A stretch of DNA of 62,488 nucleotides, the filler included, from Kipferlia bialata (lineage: Eukaryota): the NCBI GenBank assembly GCA_003568945.1. It is 7 parts of 7 records of this genome, joined end to end, with 100 filler letters (N's around TTAATTAATTAA, not from the genome) between each part and the next. Parts side by side here need not be neighbours in the genome. Positions count along the whole stretch, not along the records: positions 10,942 to 21,781 come from BDIP01001346.1; positions 21,882 to 32,702 come from BDIP01001347.1; 5 more parts are not named here. One strand, written 5' to 3'. The translations under genes and the position numbers were made by a program. The notes beneath the pieces were generated by a model. The model was not told the origin of the DNA, did no database searches, and worked only from the letters and a program-made list of their open reading frames with translations. Shown here one piece after another: positions 13,667 to 26,053 of the stretch (positions are counted from its first letter, which is position 1; every line of letters starts with the position of its first letter).

Positions 13667-16338
13667 CGTATATGGTGATATGGGGAGAGAGATGGAGACA
13701 CGTTGTTGCCAATCGTATAATTGAATATAATTGAGAAACCGGAGAGCTGGGAGATAGAGAGCTATGAGCGTAGATACCTGAGCAATAGTGGCCACAATCT
13801 GTGTGATGCCCTGGAGGAAGGACAGGGACATGCCCACACGGAGGATCTTGGCGCCCTGGGGTCAGTATAGAAATTCATATTTATACTAGTGATGGAGCAG
13901 AGTATTTACGTAAGAGTAGAAAGTACATTTATACCTGCTCAATGACTGCCTCGTCGTCTGTGAACCACTCTATAGTATATAGAGTATATACACTGTATAC
14001 ACTATACATACAGTGTATACCTGCTTGACGACAGCCTCGTCCTCTGTGAACAATAATATATAATATATAGTATAAAGAGTATATACACTATACATATACA
14101 GTATATACCTGCTCAATGACTGCCTCGTCGTCTGTGAACCATATCCTATAGTATATAGAGTATACATTATACAATGTATACACTATACATACACTATATA
14201 CCTGCTCGATAACTGCCTCGTCGTCTGTGAACCATAACCTACANNNNNNNNNNNNNNNNNNNNNNNNNNNNNNNNNNNNNNNNNNNNNNNNNNNNNNNNN
14301 NNNNNNNNNNNNNNNNNNNNNNNNNNNNNNNNNNNNNNNNNNNNNNNNNNNNNNNNNNNNNNNNNNNNNNNNNNNNNNNNNNNNNNNNNNNNNNNNNNNN
14401 NNNNNNNNNNNNNNNNNNNNNNNNNNNNNNNNNNNNNNNNNNNNNNNNNNNNNNNNNNNNNNNNNNNNNNNNNNNNNNNNNNNNNNNNNNNNNNNNNNNN
14501 NNNNNNNNNNNNNNNNNNNNNNNNNNNNNNNNNNNNNNNNNNNNNNNNNNNNNNNNNNNNNNNNNNNNNNNNNNNNNNNNNNNAGAGAGAGAGAGAGACC
14601 ACAGACAGGAAGGAGATGGAGACAGAGGCATACAGGACCGGGGATGAGGGGTATCATGGAGAGAGATACTAGTAAAGTTCGAGACTCTAGGCCTAGTACA
14701 ATGGAAATAACCATAATAAGAGTGGTATACATACTGATATGCCGTACCATACATGCATGCCTGTCTCATCCTGGCCCACTTCCTGGCACCCAGGCTGAAG
14801 CCAACGACGGGGAGGAGGCCTAGGGTTAGACCAGTAGCGAGTATGCACGCAAAGTATTATCATATAAGAGTGCACTTATGGAAGAGATTATGATATATGT
14901 ACAGCAGGCTGAAGCCAACAACGGGGAGGAGGCCTGAGGTTGGATAGGGGGGTACACAAGTCTCTGTGTAACACGCTCATATATCTTCCACCAGTACTGC
15001 AATATAATCGTGCGTACCCTGTGTGATACCGGCCATGGGCATGAAGATGAGTGAGACCACTCTGCTGAACAGACCTGAGTATAAGAGAGAGATAAATATA
15101 AACATCTAAAAACACGTATATATATTTGGGAGGGAGAGAGAGAGAGAGAGACACGTACCCAGAGCAGCGAGGTAGATCTCTGAGTCAGCCTCCGACTCAG
15201 CATACTTGACAGCCTGGGTGTCAGAGGGAAATATAGTGCAGATACAAACGATCCATATTTCTGAACTGAAGTATAGTGTAGCGTATGGTACCTGGACGTT
15301 TGAAACGATGGCACCGATGGAGGGTGGGAGCTGAGCGATCCACATGCCTGTGTGTGAGGATATACACTTTATATCATCTCAGAACATATGTATCGTATAT
15401 CCATCGCACTAATTGAGTTAGTAACGTACCGATTCCGATTGAGAGGATGTCCTTGATAATTCACTCTCTTATTGAAAACATATATCAATAGACTGTGTAT
15501 TGTTGTGTATTCCATGAATGAATCGAGTAAGAAAATGAGACTATTACGTACCAATGCCGATTGAGAGGATGTCCTTGATGATGGACCACTGGATACGGCC
15601 ACCGAGGAAGGGGAGCATGCTCTAGGTATAAGAGAGAGAGATAAATAGAAAGGAAGATAGATATATATATATAGAGAGAGAGAGAGGGAGGAGAGAGGCG
15701 AAGGGGAGCATGCTCTGTGTATAAGTGTGAATGTGAGAGAGAGAGAGAGTACCTTGAGGTCGGGGTGGAGGTTGGACTTGCTCTTGGGGTGGAAGTAGAA
15801 CACAAGCATGGTCATGCCAACAGAGATGAGGGCGAAAGAGGTACTGGGGTAAGAGTATACATACAGAAGAGAGAGAACTATATGTTGTCATATATGCTAT
15901 CAGAGCTGTGGGCGAAAGAGGTACTGGGATGAGGAAGATAAATCTACTGGTAATAGCAGTGACGATGAGTCAGTATCATATATACACACATCTGGCACCT
16001 GTATGCAGCACCGGCTATGCCCAGGTCCAGCACAGACATGAACAGAGGGTCACCCAGGATGTTGAGCTGGGGTGAGTATACACATATGTATATATATATA
16101 TATCTAAGCTCAAAAATGAAAGTCTGGAACAGGTAAATGATACAGAGGGTCACCCAGGATGTTGAGCTGGGGTTAGAAGACATGAGAGCTAGATATACGT
16201 ATGGTGTAAGTATATGGTGGGAGTAAAGATAGGTATAGTTGTCTCTATACATTCATAGGGCTGTACATACCAGAGAGCTAATGAGCTGCCTCCACATGCC
16301 GATAGAGGCCATGTTCTCAACCCTGCCATTAAGGGTGC

Positions 16339-16377
<39 letters not shown>

Positions 16378-16769
16378 CCTGAGGAGAGGACCGACACCAG
16401 TGGCACAGAAGTAGCCAAGGCCTCCATAGAGGAAGATGACTCTGCCATAGTCCATGGCATAGGGGAGAGCTGGAATGAGGGTGTAGAGAGAGAGAGAGAG
16501 AATCCATGGTCAGTCTATCAAGGACAACACTGCATATCCATAATCAATGTATATATATGTATACCTGCTTCAGTGCATCCTAGCACATTGAGCAGCAGCC
16601 ACTCGAGGGAGGGCAGGACACAGATGGGGATGCCAACAGCAATGACAAAGCCAATCAGGAGGAAGTGGGCCATGACAATACGAGCCTGATAGTAAGGGTG
16701 TAGAGAGAGAGAGAGAGAGAGATGACGAAGCTAATCATGAGGAAGTGGGCCATGACAATGTAAGGGTGT

Positions 16770-16801
<32 letters not shown>

Positions 16802-17910
16802 ATACCTGGGGGACGTCTCCCTTGCCAAGGAGGACAGATAGGACGGCAGCGGCACCGACACCAGCCATGAGGGACAGACCTGATGTTAAGAGTTATGAAT
16901 GAATTGACACAGAGAGATAGAGTACTGACCCCAGCCATGAGGGAGAGGCCTAAGGTAACGGGTATATATGTAGCATGAATATCAAGAGAGAGAGAGAAGT
17001 AGAGAGTGAGCACAATACTAGACAAGAAGGACACTTACCCAGAGAGAGCATCATCTCGAGTGGGATGGTGACACTGATGGCAGCGAGACCATTGGTGCCT
17101 GTGTAAGTAGGGGGAGAGAGATCGTATTTAGAGGGTGGACAGATATGAAGAGAGAGATAGCAGAACTGTCAGGCACACCTGTGTACTTTCCGATGAAGAT
17201 GGAGTCGATGATGTTGTACACACTGCCAATGGTCATGGAGATGCAGGTGGGTACGCAGAGACCTTGGGTGAAAGGGGGGAGGGGGGGGGAGTGTGAGCGA
17301 GGATAGAGTTAATCGAGAGAAACGTTCACAACAATAGGAGAGAGAGAGGGAGAGAGAAAGAGAGAGCGATAATGGATGACCTAATCCAAGATAGAGACGT
17401 CACAACGATGTACTTCAGGATGTACAGAGGATAGCATTGCAGGGAAACTAATCAAGAATTGTGTTGACCACCAGATCAGAGACAATCGTATTCTGTGCAA
17501 AAAGACTGCTCAACAGGCACAATGAACATGCGTAATATACACTATTACAAAAGCTCTCAATGTTGTATTCACAGTGTGTATGGAAGTATGGACGCTTGAT
17601 ACTTACAATGAGTAGACAATATACGGTCACAGTCAAGTCGAGACCCATGCACAATTTCGCCAGAACTCACACCTACGATGCCATATACGGTGTATGCGCG
17701 TGTATATAGTTCGTATTACGTACCAAGGAGCAGCCTGCCGATAGGTGCAACACCAAGTCTGGCAGTACTGGCTGTGACCTTGTCACCGTCCTTCTCCTCT
17801 GCATCAGGCCTGACCCCATCAGCATCAGAGTGAGACCCCTCAATGGCGATAACATCAGCCACAGGGTCACTGGCCCCAGCCGTGCAGGTGTCAGAGCTGA
17901 TTTCACTCAT
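12472..17910 (-). CDS. MATE-family multidrug efflux transporter (MepA/NorM-like)
   Basis: Spliced exons read RLGVAPIGRLLL-GLCVPTCISMTIGSVYNIIDSIFIGKYTG-TNGLAAISVTIPLE..., LNILGDPLFMSVLDLGIAGAA, LIFMPMAGITQG-LLPVVGFSLGARKWAR, PPFMGVDG-IWTAYPIADILA. These are hallmark MATE motifs. Interrupted by an N gap at 14243-14583. Confidence 0.9.
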
Positions 17911-18105
17911 ATTCTGACGAAAGACATATGCCAGCAGGTGAGGTGCACTACACCCTCATCCACAAACACTGATATCAACCCCTTCACTGTCAGTTTTTGT
18001 TATATTTCAAAATATACGTGAGATTTCGAAATTCCATTTTTGTCCTTCTGACCCAAATGCACTGGAAACCTCGACCACCTGTCTCTTCACCCTCAATCGC
18101 TCAAA
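17911..18105. promoter_or_regulatory. Putative bidirectional promoter between MATE (-) and MORN1 (+)
   Basis: Only 195 nt between divergent ATGs, with an AT-rich core around 17990-18040. No specific motif identified. Confidence 0.45.
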
Positions 18106-19328
18106 ATGAGATACACAGGTAACCTATTGCAGTATGTGGGTGTTGTTTGGTGTATTTCAGTGCTGCGGGTCATTTTGTAGCGGTCCCTGGCGATGGATTT
18201 CTTGGATTTATGAAATGTCAGGATTTCATTGTTTGTTTTGGTCTTTTAGGTCCCTAACCACCAGGACAGATCGACAATGGTGCCATGCACGGCAAGGGTA
18301 CTCTCGAGTACCCCAACGGAGAGCGCTTCGAGGGAGAGTGGAAGCAGGGCAAGCGCCACGGATACGGAGTCTACTTCTACTCCGACGGTGGCCGCTACGA
18401 GGGAGAGTGGTATGAGGACAAGGTCCACGGACACGGTGTCTCCTACTACAGCTCTGGCAACCGCTACGACGGAGAGTGGGTCGACGGACGCATCTCTGGA
18501 TACGGTGTCCTCTACTACGCCGACGGTGACCGCTACGAGGGAAACTGGGATGACGGCCGCATGTCTGGCAAGGGTATCTACATCTACGCCGACGGAGACC
18601 GTTACGAGGGAGAGTGGAAGGGTGACAAGAGGCACGGCAAGGGTGTCATGACCTACGCCGGCCCCGACGGTGCCGTTGTTGAGAAGTTCGAGGGAGACTG
18701 GTGTGACGGCCGCATGCACGGATTCGGCAAGTACACCTACGCCGACGGTGGCATCTACGAGGGAGAGTGGCTCGACGGACAGATGCACGGCAAGGGCAAG
18801 TACATCTTCCCCAACGGCAACGTCTACGAGGGCGAGTGGAGGAACGACGTCAAGGACGGATACGGAGTCCTCACCTACCCCAACGGCCAGCGCTACGAGG
18901 GCCACTGGAAGGACGACCGTGCCGAGGGACAGGGCACCCTGACCTACGAGTCCGGCGACAAGTACGTTGGTGAGTGGAGGACTGCCAAGAAGCACGGGCA
19001 CGGAGAGCTCTACTACTCCAACGGCGACGTCTTCGTCGGTGAGTGGCAGAACGACCGTGCCAACGGATTCGGCAAGCTCACCTACGCCAACGGCTGCGTC
19101 TACGAGGGAGAGTGGAAGGACGACAAGCGTGCTGGCCAGGGTGTCTTCATCGACGCCGAGGGCAACCGCTACGAGGGAGAGTGGGAGGATGGCCGCAAGC
19201 ACGGCAAGGGAGTCCTGTCCCTCGCCACCGGCCACCAGTGGCAGGGTGTGTGGAAGGACGGCCTTCCCTACTCCCCCGGTATGTTCACCTTCGCCCCCGA
19301 CAGCGAGTGGTGCGATGCCTCCTTCTAA
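18106..19328 (+). CDS. MORN1: MORN-repeat protein, MORN1-type (358 aa)
   Basis: Exon 1 18106-18118 (ATGAGATACACAG), intron 18119-18264, exon 2 18265-19328. Reads MRYTGQIDNGAMHGKG followed by about 15 tandem YEGEWxxGxxHGxG repeats, including the YAGPDG..EKFEG insertion seen in trypanosomatid MORN1. Confidence 0.9.
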
Positions 19329-19581
19329 GGACTCTGTGTTCGTGTGGAAGTGTATGAATAGGTTGTGGGCGGTGGCAAGCCGCTGTCCACTTGTTGTGTA
19401 AAATCATAAATGTCTCTGTACTGTTAATGTTGATGTATTGGGTTGTGTAGTGTCGTTAATCAGGATAGCCGTGGACTGGCGGCATATGTGGCCTTGCAAA
19501 GGTGCCAAAAATGAGGGTGAGATGCGGCATCATGCCGGGGATAGTCCCTCTCCTCTTTGAGACCATATATATACAGACAAC

Positions 19582-21732
19582 ATGGAAGCTCCAGTACTCC
19601 AGCCCAAGAAGCGGCGCCCCCAGCGCTCCCCCTCTCCTGAGAGACCATCTAGGGAGACTGAGTCCCGCGAGGCTGAGCAGACCCCCCGCTCCTCTGGCTT
19701 CTTCGGGCGCATCTTCAGCCGGAGGACCCCCGACACCGGGCGTGAGAGGAGACCATCTAGGGAGGCAGAGAGGTCCCGCGTGGCCAGGGAGGAGCCTGAG
19801 CGCGAGAGGCAGGAGGAGGAGCGCCGCCCTGCCCCCTCTGCCAAGAGGGTCCCCAACCAGACCCCCTCTCTCTCTGTGCCTGCCAGTGGCACCCCCCTGA
19901 CCATGGTGTCCCCTGCCATCGGGGTGCCCATGCCCTTCCCCACATTCCAGAGCCCATACCCCTCCTACGGGTACATGCCCATGGGAACACCACCAGGTAC
20001 GGGATTGATTCATGTCTAGGTGTACCTCCCTCTGTTTGTATGCTCCCACACACATTCTGCTGCATACTCTCTGATGTTCATTGGTACAGTGGCACCCCTA
20101 GGTGTCTATGTACACATACATAACCACAGACTGACCTCTGTGGATGTATCATTCTGTCTGCCTCTCTCACACATACACACACACACTCTCTCTCACACCT
20201 CTCAGTCAACCCCTTCATGCCCCCCATGCCCCCCATGACCATCTCTCTCTCTCTCACCCCTCAGTCAACCCCTTCATGCCCCCTATGCCCCCCATGACCA
20301 TGTCCATGCCAGTCCCCATGCCCACATACATGTCCCCACAGGTACAGGTGCAGACACTATCTCCCTCTATAATGTATCCTAACTATTGATACTGATACAT
20401 GTCCCCACAGGTACAGGTACAAACTCGCCTCATTGGATATTATCTGTTCCTCTTTGTTATCCCAAATGGGATTGAGTCTTGTCTCTACTCACACAGGCAC
20501 AGGTGCAGCCCCAGGCACAGGGACCCATCCCACCCACCCAGGTACATCCCACTCTCAATCTCTCTCTCTCTCTCTCTCTTCGGATGGCATCCATATCTCT
20601 TCTGTTAATAGTCCGCATCATTAACTTCTTAGTATTCTCTCTCTCTCTCTCTCTCTCTCTCCCTCTCTCCCTCTGCTGTGCCTCACCCTCCCAGGCCCCT
20701 GCCCCTGCCATGTCCATGGAGCAGACCATGCAGATGATCCAGGTATAGTGTATATAGATATGTATACATACATGTTCAAGTAGAGTGACCCGCGTATATG
20801 TGTGTGACCTCATTGGTTTCATTGCGCTTATCACTTGATGTGTGTCTTACTTTACTCCAGTCTCTATTTCACGCTATGCCCTCTCTCTCTCTCTCTCTCT
20901 CTCTCTCCCTTCACCCCAGGCCCAGCAGGCCCAGATCCAGGTCATGCAGCAGCAGCAGCAGGCTCAGCAGGTGACACTCTATGTATTCATCTTCCTCATT
21001 ACCAAGCAGACCTGTATCTGCTAAACTATGTATATGTATATATGTGTGCATAGTTACCTCACTGTCAGGCCCTCATCGCCTCTCTGATTGCCAAGCAGAC
21101 TGCCTCCCCTGCACCCAGGCCCAAGAGAAGGCCAGGCGCAGGTATATCTATATCTAGTATGTATTATAGTATGTGTATTATAGTATATATGGATATCGTA
21201 TACGGGTATGCCTCCCCTGCACCCAGGCCCAAGAGAAGGCCAGGCGCAGGTATATACAGTGTATATACGTATATAGATACATTTGTATATGTATATAAAC
21301 ATATAGTATTCATGCTTCCACATGGCGTCAGGGTGTCTGTGCGTGTTTCAGTCACCTTCTACCCCCAGGAGTGAGCCTTGTGACCACACCCATCGGACTT
21401 GCATCCAGGACAATCAGGTATATATACAGGCATAAAAGTGTATACAATCGTAAGTAGTCTTATATATCGTTTTTTGTCTGACCCCCAGGCCCTCTGCCCA
21501 GCCCACCTCTGTCCTGGCCCAGAGTGCCATGAGGTATCTCTCTCTCTCTCTCTCTCTCTCTGTCCCTATCTTTCCATGGTGGTTATGTGAAAATTCACCT
21601 TCCCCTATATGCCTCGTTCTGTGTGTTTATGCGCATGTCTCTAACTAACAGGATGGACAGCGAGAGGCAGAGAGAGGCCGAGGAGATGACCGGATCCAGA
21701 GTCGCATCCATGGGAACGCCTGGTTCTCTCTA

Positions 21733-21781
<49 letters not shown>
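19582..21781 (+). CDS. Arg/Ser/Pro/Gln-rich low-complexity protein, 3' partial
   Basis: Exon 1 MEAPVLQPKKRRPQRSPSPERPSRE...YGYMPMGTPP (donor ~19997), then exons VNPFMPPMPPMTMSMPVPMPTYMSPQ, APAPAMSMEQTMQMIQ, AQQAQIQVMQQQQQAQQ. Truncated at scaffold end. Confidence 0.7.
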
Positions 21782-21881
21782 NNNNNNNNNNNNNNNNNNN
21801 NNNNNNNNNNNNNNNNNNNNNNNNNTTAATTAATTAANNNNNNNNNNNNNNNNNNNNNNNNNNNNNNNNNNNNNNNNNNNN
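21782..21881. other. Artificial scaffold linker
   Basis: Same N-TTAATTAATTAA-N structure. Confidence 0.97.
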
Positions 21882-22533
21882 GACGCCTAAGTCTAGGGTG
21901 ACTAGTTGTTGTGTGAATGAATAGATCTTCACCTCCACTCCATGTTTCCAAGTTGGTGTATGTTTCAAGTCTGTGCAAATCCTACTCATGTTCCTATGAC
22001 ATTTAACACTTGACACTTGTGTGTCGTATTAATACAGTATGACAGAGTGTGGATACCATAGTAGTTGTCTATTCAGTAGGGCCACACTCAATAGGAGTGC
22101 ACTAAACAATGTACATAGTACACCAACTGACCATGAAATCGGTGCAGCGACCCTATTCACTGTGACATGCATACACAGGCGGGATCGTGTGCGCAGACAC
22201 AATGAATAGGTACGTGCACTCAAACCAAGATGTACTGTGAGTAGTTGCCCACTAGACAGTGAGTAGCCTAGACATGCATACATGTGGGTATGCTGCACAA
22301 GTGCCCTCATCTGTACTGGAATGACCTATCCTAGTTGCCACTCCATCTGATACTCAATGTCCCTCTCCTACTGATTGCAGCATGGTCTTAATGGGAAGAA
22401 GGGCTTGACAAACCTCCCTTCCACCACACACGCCGGTCCGACCGATGGGAACGATCACTATAGGCGCGGTACTTCACACCCTGCACTGTGCCCTGATACA
22501 TACTCAGTGGTGGTTACCACCATGCGCCCTGCC

Positions 22534-24924
22534 TCACACCATGCTGAGTGCCAGTTGGGTCAGGGACCTGCCCACCTGCAGGGCCTGGCAGGTCAGACAA
22601 GGGACAGGGTTATAGGCATGTGATACGTGGTCAGACCATGCATCTGTGGCACTGGGGGCATTACATCATACACCATACCTTCTGATAGACCTGGGGTATG
22701 TCGTACTTGATGGTCTCCTGGCCCTCCAGACAGAGAGACACAACCTAGGGGTTGGTATACAGACCACCAGTCACTACAGATACAAACCAGTGCACATCAT
22801 GCGTATATACATGACAAGCACACACCTGGTCGAGGGGCATCTCTGCCCCAGGCCCAGAGCACAGGGAGGCAAACACACCCTGCGAGGGAAACAGGCCCCA
22901 CATAGCCATGCACTCAGCCAGTCTGGGGGTTAGAGGAGGGGGTAGACAGAGCAGGGATACAAGAGACCGTGACAATCATAATGGCAAACCACCCATAATG
23001 TTCGCAACTAATGCAGTCACTACACGTGGGCCACCAATTCACACACATATATATACCCGCCCCCACCTGGTTGGCGTGTGGAGTGTGTACAGGCCCCACT
23101 TGAGGAATGAGCCTATGACACTGGGGTGCTGGGAGAAGAAACAGGTCTGCAGCAGGTCTATGTAGAGGAGCCACACATGGGGAACCTGGAGGGTAGGGGG
23201 TAGTACATGGTTTGGTGCGACTGGATACACATTCCGAATATCCATACCTGGAAGGGCGATGCAAAGCAGGGCTCAGTGAGCACAGACAGCAGAGACTGGA
23301 AGGTGGGTCTCTGTCTCAGAAGGCCTAGGGTGAAGGAGGGATATATATATAAATGGGTAAAGCGGTGAACGTCAGTATGACATGGTCATTGAGATATAGA
23401 CCCTGTCTCTCCGTGGGTGTCCGTGCCCCACCTGCTGCTGTGGTAGATGCCGTGACCAGCTGATGTAACATGTTGAGACAGGCATCCTGCATCACACTCA
23501 CAGACACACGGGGTGGAGGGGTGGGGGTGGGCAGGGGGTCGGTGTCTGGTGGTTGGGTCACTATTAGTACACAACTACGCCAGAACACATGTGTGGTCAT
23601 GACGACACATGCATTGGAAGACAAGGATATGGAGATAAGGACATATCTACCATACAACATACCTGCTCCCTCTTCTGCTCCTCTCTCTCTGGTCTCATCC
23701 TCCTGCCCCTTAGCCCCTGTATCTCTCGGTGTATCTCTAGCTGAGGTCTCTGTCTCGACCACCCCTCCCTCCCTCCTCCCCACCACCTCTCCCACCAGTT
23801 GTGCCACCACCTCAGGGGCCATCTGGGGGTGAGGGGGGCATGGATACAGAACACGGATACACAACAGTCAACCCACATCTCTGTGTGCATGCCCCCACCT
23901 TGAGCAGGGCTGTCTGCACCCTGTCTGACACACACAGCAGACACAGGATGCGGACAGGGACAAACCTAGGGGTCAGAATAGTGTAATGCAAACAAGTATG
24001 TCCTGTAAACACATGTAATCAAATTGTAGTCAATAGGCTAGTGATAACTACCTCTACATACCGTGATGATGGCGGGATCCCAGTGGTAGCAGTAGAGAGA
24101 GAGTCCTTGGGAGCCGACGTGTCCAGGGGGAAGGCAGAGAGATACAGGGCCCTGGGTCACAAACATTGACAACATACACAGTCAGACAGAGAGAGAGAGA
24201 GAGAGAGAGACACTCAGAGAGAGAGAGACATACCTAATGGCCGAGGAAGGTGCATGCTGTCCGGTATAGGACACACCTGGGGTGAACAAGTCAACAACAG
24301 AGAGAGACAGACATATGAGCAGGTCCAACAACAGAGAGAGACAGACATATCACATGAGGAGGGGCATATGCCAGACACATTATCCCAGAGTGACTGTCAT
24401 CACACCCCCACCTAGGAATGGCATTCGGTACAGGCCCCCCAGTACCGATGTCAGCAGATGGACCCTGTGCACCATGGTGTCTGTGTCGGTGTCGGGGGGG
24501 GAGGGACCGGGGTGGTCGGTGAAGGCCTAGGGGGTTAGAGAGGGGGTAACCACAAGCAGTAAACACAATGGGGCAGTGTACATCGAGAGAGAGAGAGAGA
24601 GACCCAGCACAGAGGGTACCCTCACACTAAATACAGACCCATCTTGTGCCACTCATAATGCAGAACCCATATACTGAATGTCCTGTCCCACATCCACACT
24701 CGTAATAATACCACACACAGATGTACCTGCAGGTCTGCGAGTGTCTGTGCTATGAGTGTGTCATACTCTGCTAGGTCAGCAGGTAGGGTACTCTTCACTG
24801 TCCTGTCTGGGACACTGTCACCCACAGAGGCCCCAGACTCTGGGCCAGAGACACTCCCCTCTCTCCCTGTTGCACTCAACGCAGCGGTGCCCTCTCCTAC
24901 CACTCTCTCTCTCCTCCCTGACAT
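22534..24924 (-). CDS. Unknown multi-exon protein
   Basis: MSGRRERVVG...QTLADLQ / AFTDHPGP... / VSYTGQHAPSSAIR / ALYLSAFPLD... / FVPVRILCLLCVSDRVQTALLK / ... / VVSLCLEGQETIKYDIPQVYQK / ALQVGRSLTQLALSMV*. The junctions checked join in phase with canonical splice sites; no family recognised. Confidence 0.65.
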
Positions 24925-25508
24925 GTATCGATGTCGACAGGTAACTCAGTTGAAGAAGCAAGTGAGGTGTATTCTTGTGACAGTTGAAACGTGGCAGAGA
25001 TCCATTGACCCAATAATTCTTGAGCTTCATTACGGCCATTGTGGTCCCATTATTTAATAGATTCTATTGCCCAACAAAAGACCCACGTGTGTCAGTAGTA
25101 TACTAATCAGTGATATGTGGGCCACCACTTGTTTGAACAGCAGTACCATTATACCACAATGTCAACAAGAGTATTTGCAACTCTATTCTATCCGGTGTCT
25201 CAATAGAGTAGTATATGGGGAGAGAGGGGGAAGACACTCTCTCCACACCCCTATCAGTGCACCAGTGTGTACATATACCGTTATGGACCAGGACTGCGCA
25301 GCCGGTGAGGATTGTCCCTGGTACCAATGATATGGAATGTACCGCAACACACTTCCTCCCCATACACACACTGACACGGAGACAACACACTCAGGTGCTA
25401 TATGACCCCCATAACAGATGCAACACTCGACATTGTAGGTTTTCATCCCTGTCTACTAGGCACCTACAGCTTCAGAGATCCAATCGAACATGACCAATCT
25501 AGACCTCT

Positions 25509-25913
25509 TCATGGGAGCTTACGTCTGGGTCAGAACGCGTACAGAGCAGAAAGTACAGATATACTATAAGATAGACATCATCATACTGAAAGAGTGGTAG
25601 AGGGAGAGAGAGAGAGTACGATCAGAGTCTACCTGATCTTGTCGCTGATCCTGTCAACCCATGTTGTGTTGCGCTCTCTCTCCTCCCTCTGCCTCTCCAG
25701 CTCCAGGGTGGCAGCCGCCATCTGGGGCATCAGGGAAGATTGATGCACATAGTCATATTCATATATCGATAAACCATATAGTATAGTGGGTCAATCCATA
25801 TCGTACAGACCCACCTTCCTCTCTGCCACCATCATGCCCGTGCCAACCACAGCCATCCCAACCATCAACCCGGCATACACCTTGGTGCTAGTCCTCAGCG
25901 CAAAGGCAGGCAT
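25509..25913 (-). CDS. Small 67-aa single-TM protein (three exons, absent from ORF track)
   Basis: Exons 25913-25815, 25721-25633 and 25524-25509 give MPAFALRTSTKVYAGLMVGMAVVGTGMMVAERKMAAATLELERQREERERNTTWVDRISDKIRRKLP*. GT donors with CTGATGCCCCAG and CTGACCCAG acceptors. Confidence 0.65.
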
Positions 25914-26053
25914 GGGTCCACACTGACGTATCAGAAAGAGTCGTTGACATCATTCCTCTGAGGAAGAACCCCTTTGTTGAAGATTTCTCTTTGATTTTGC
26001 ACACCCAGAAATAGCTAGCCTCTCCACCTAGCGTGTCACACGCACCCATACCT
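25914..26053. promoter_or_regulatory. Putative bidirectional promoter between the 67-aa gene (-) and DNAAF9-like gene (+)
   Basis: 140 nt between divergent ATGs. Confidence 0.4.

Noticed and set aside
18246..19235. 329-aa antisense ORF over MORN1
   Set aside because: Shadow ORF caused by strong codon bias and repeats on the coding strand.
24412..24432. Apparent in-frame TAG at an exon end suggesting stop-codon reassignment as in hexamitid diplomonads
   Set aside because: An upstream donor (GCCT|gtaccg) restores phase with the next exon, and SPC12, SMC2, RABGGTA and MORN1 terminate at TAG or TAA, so the standard code fits.
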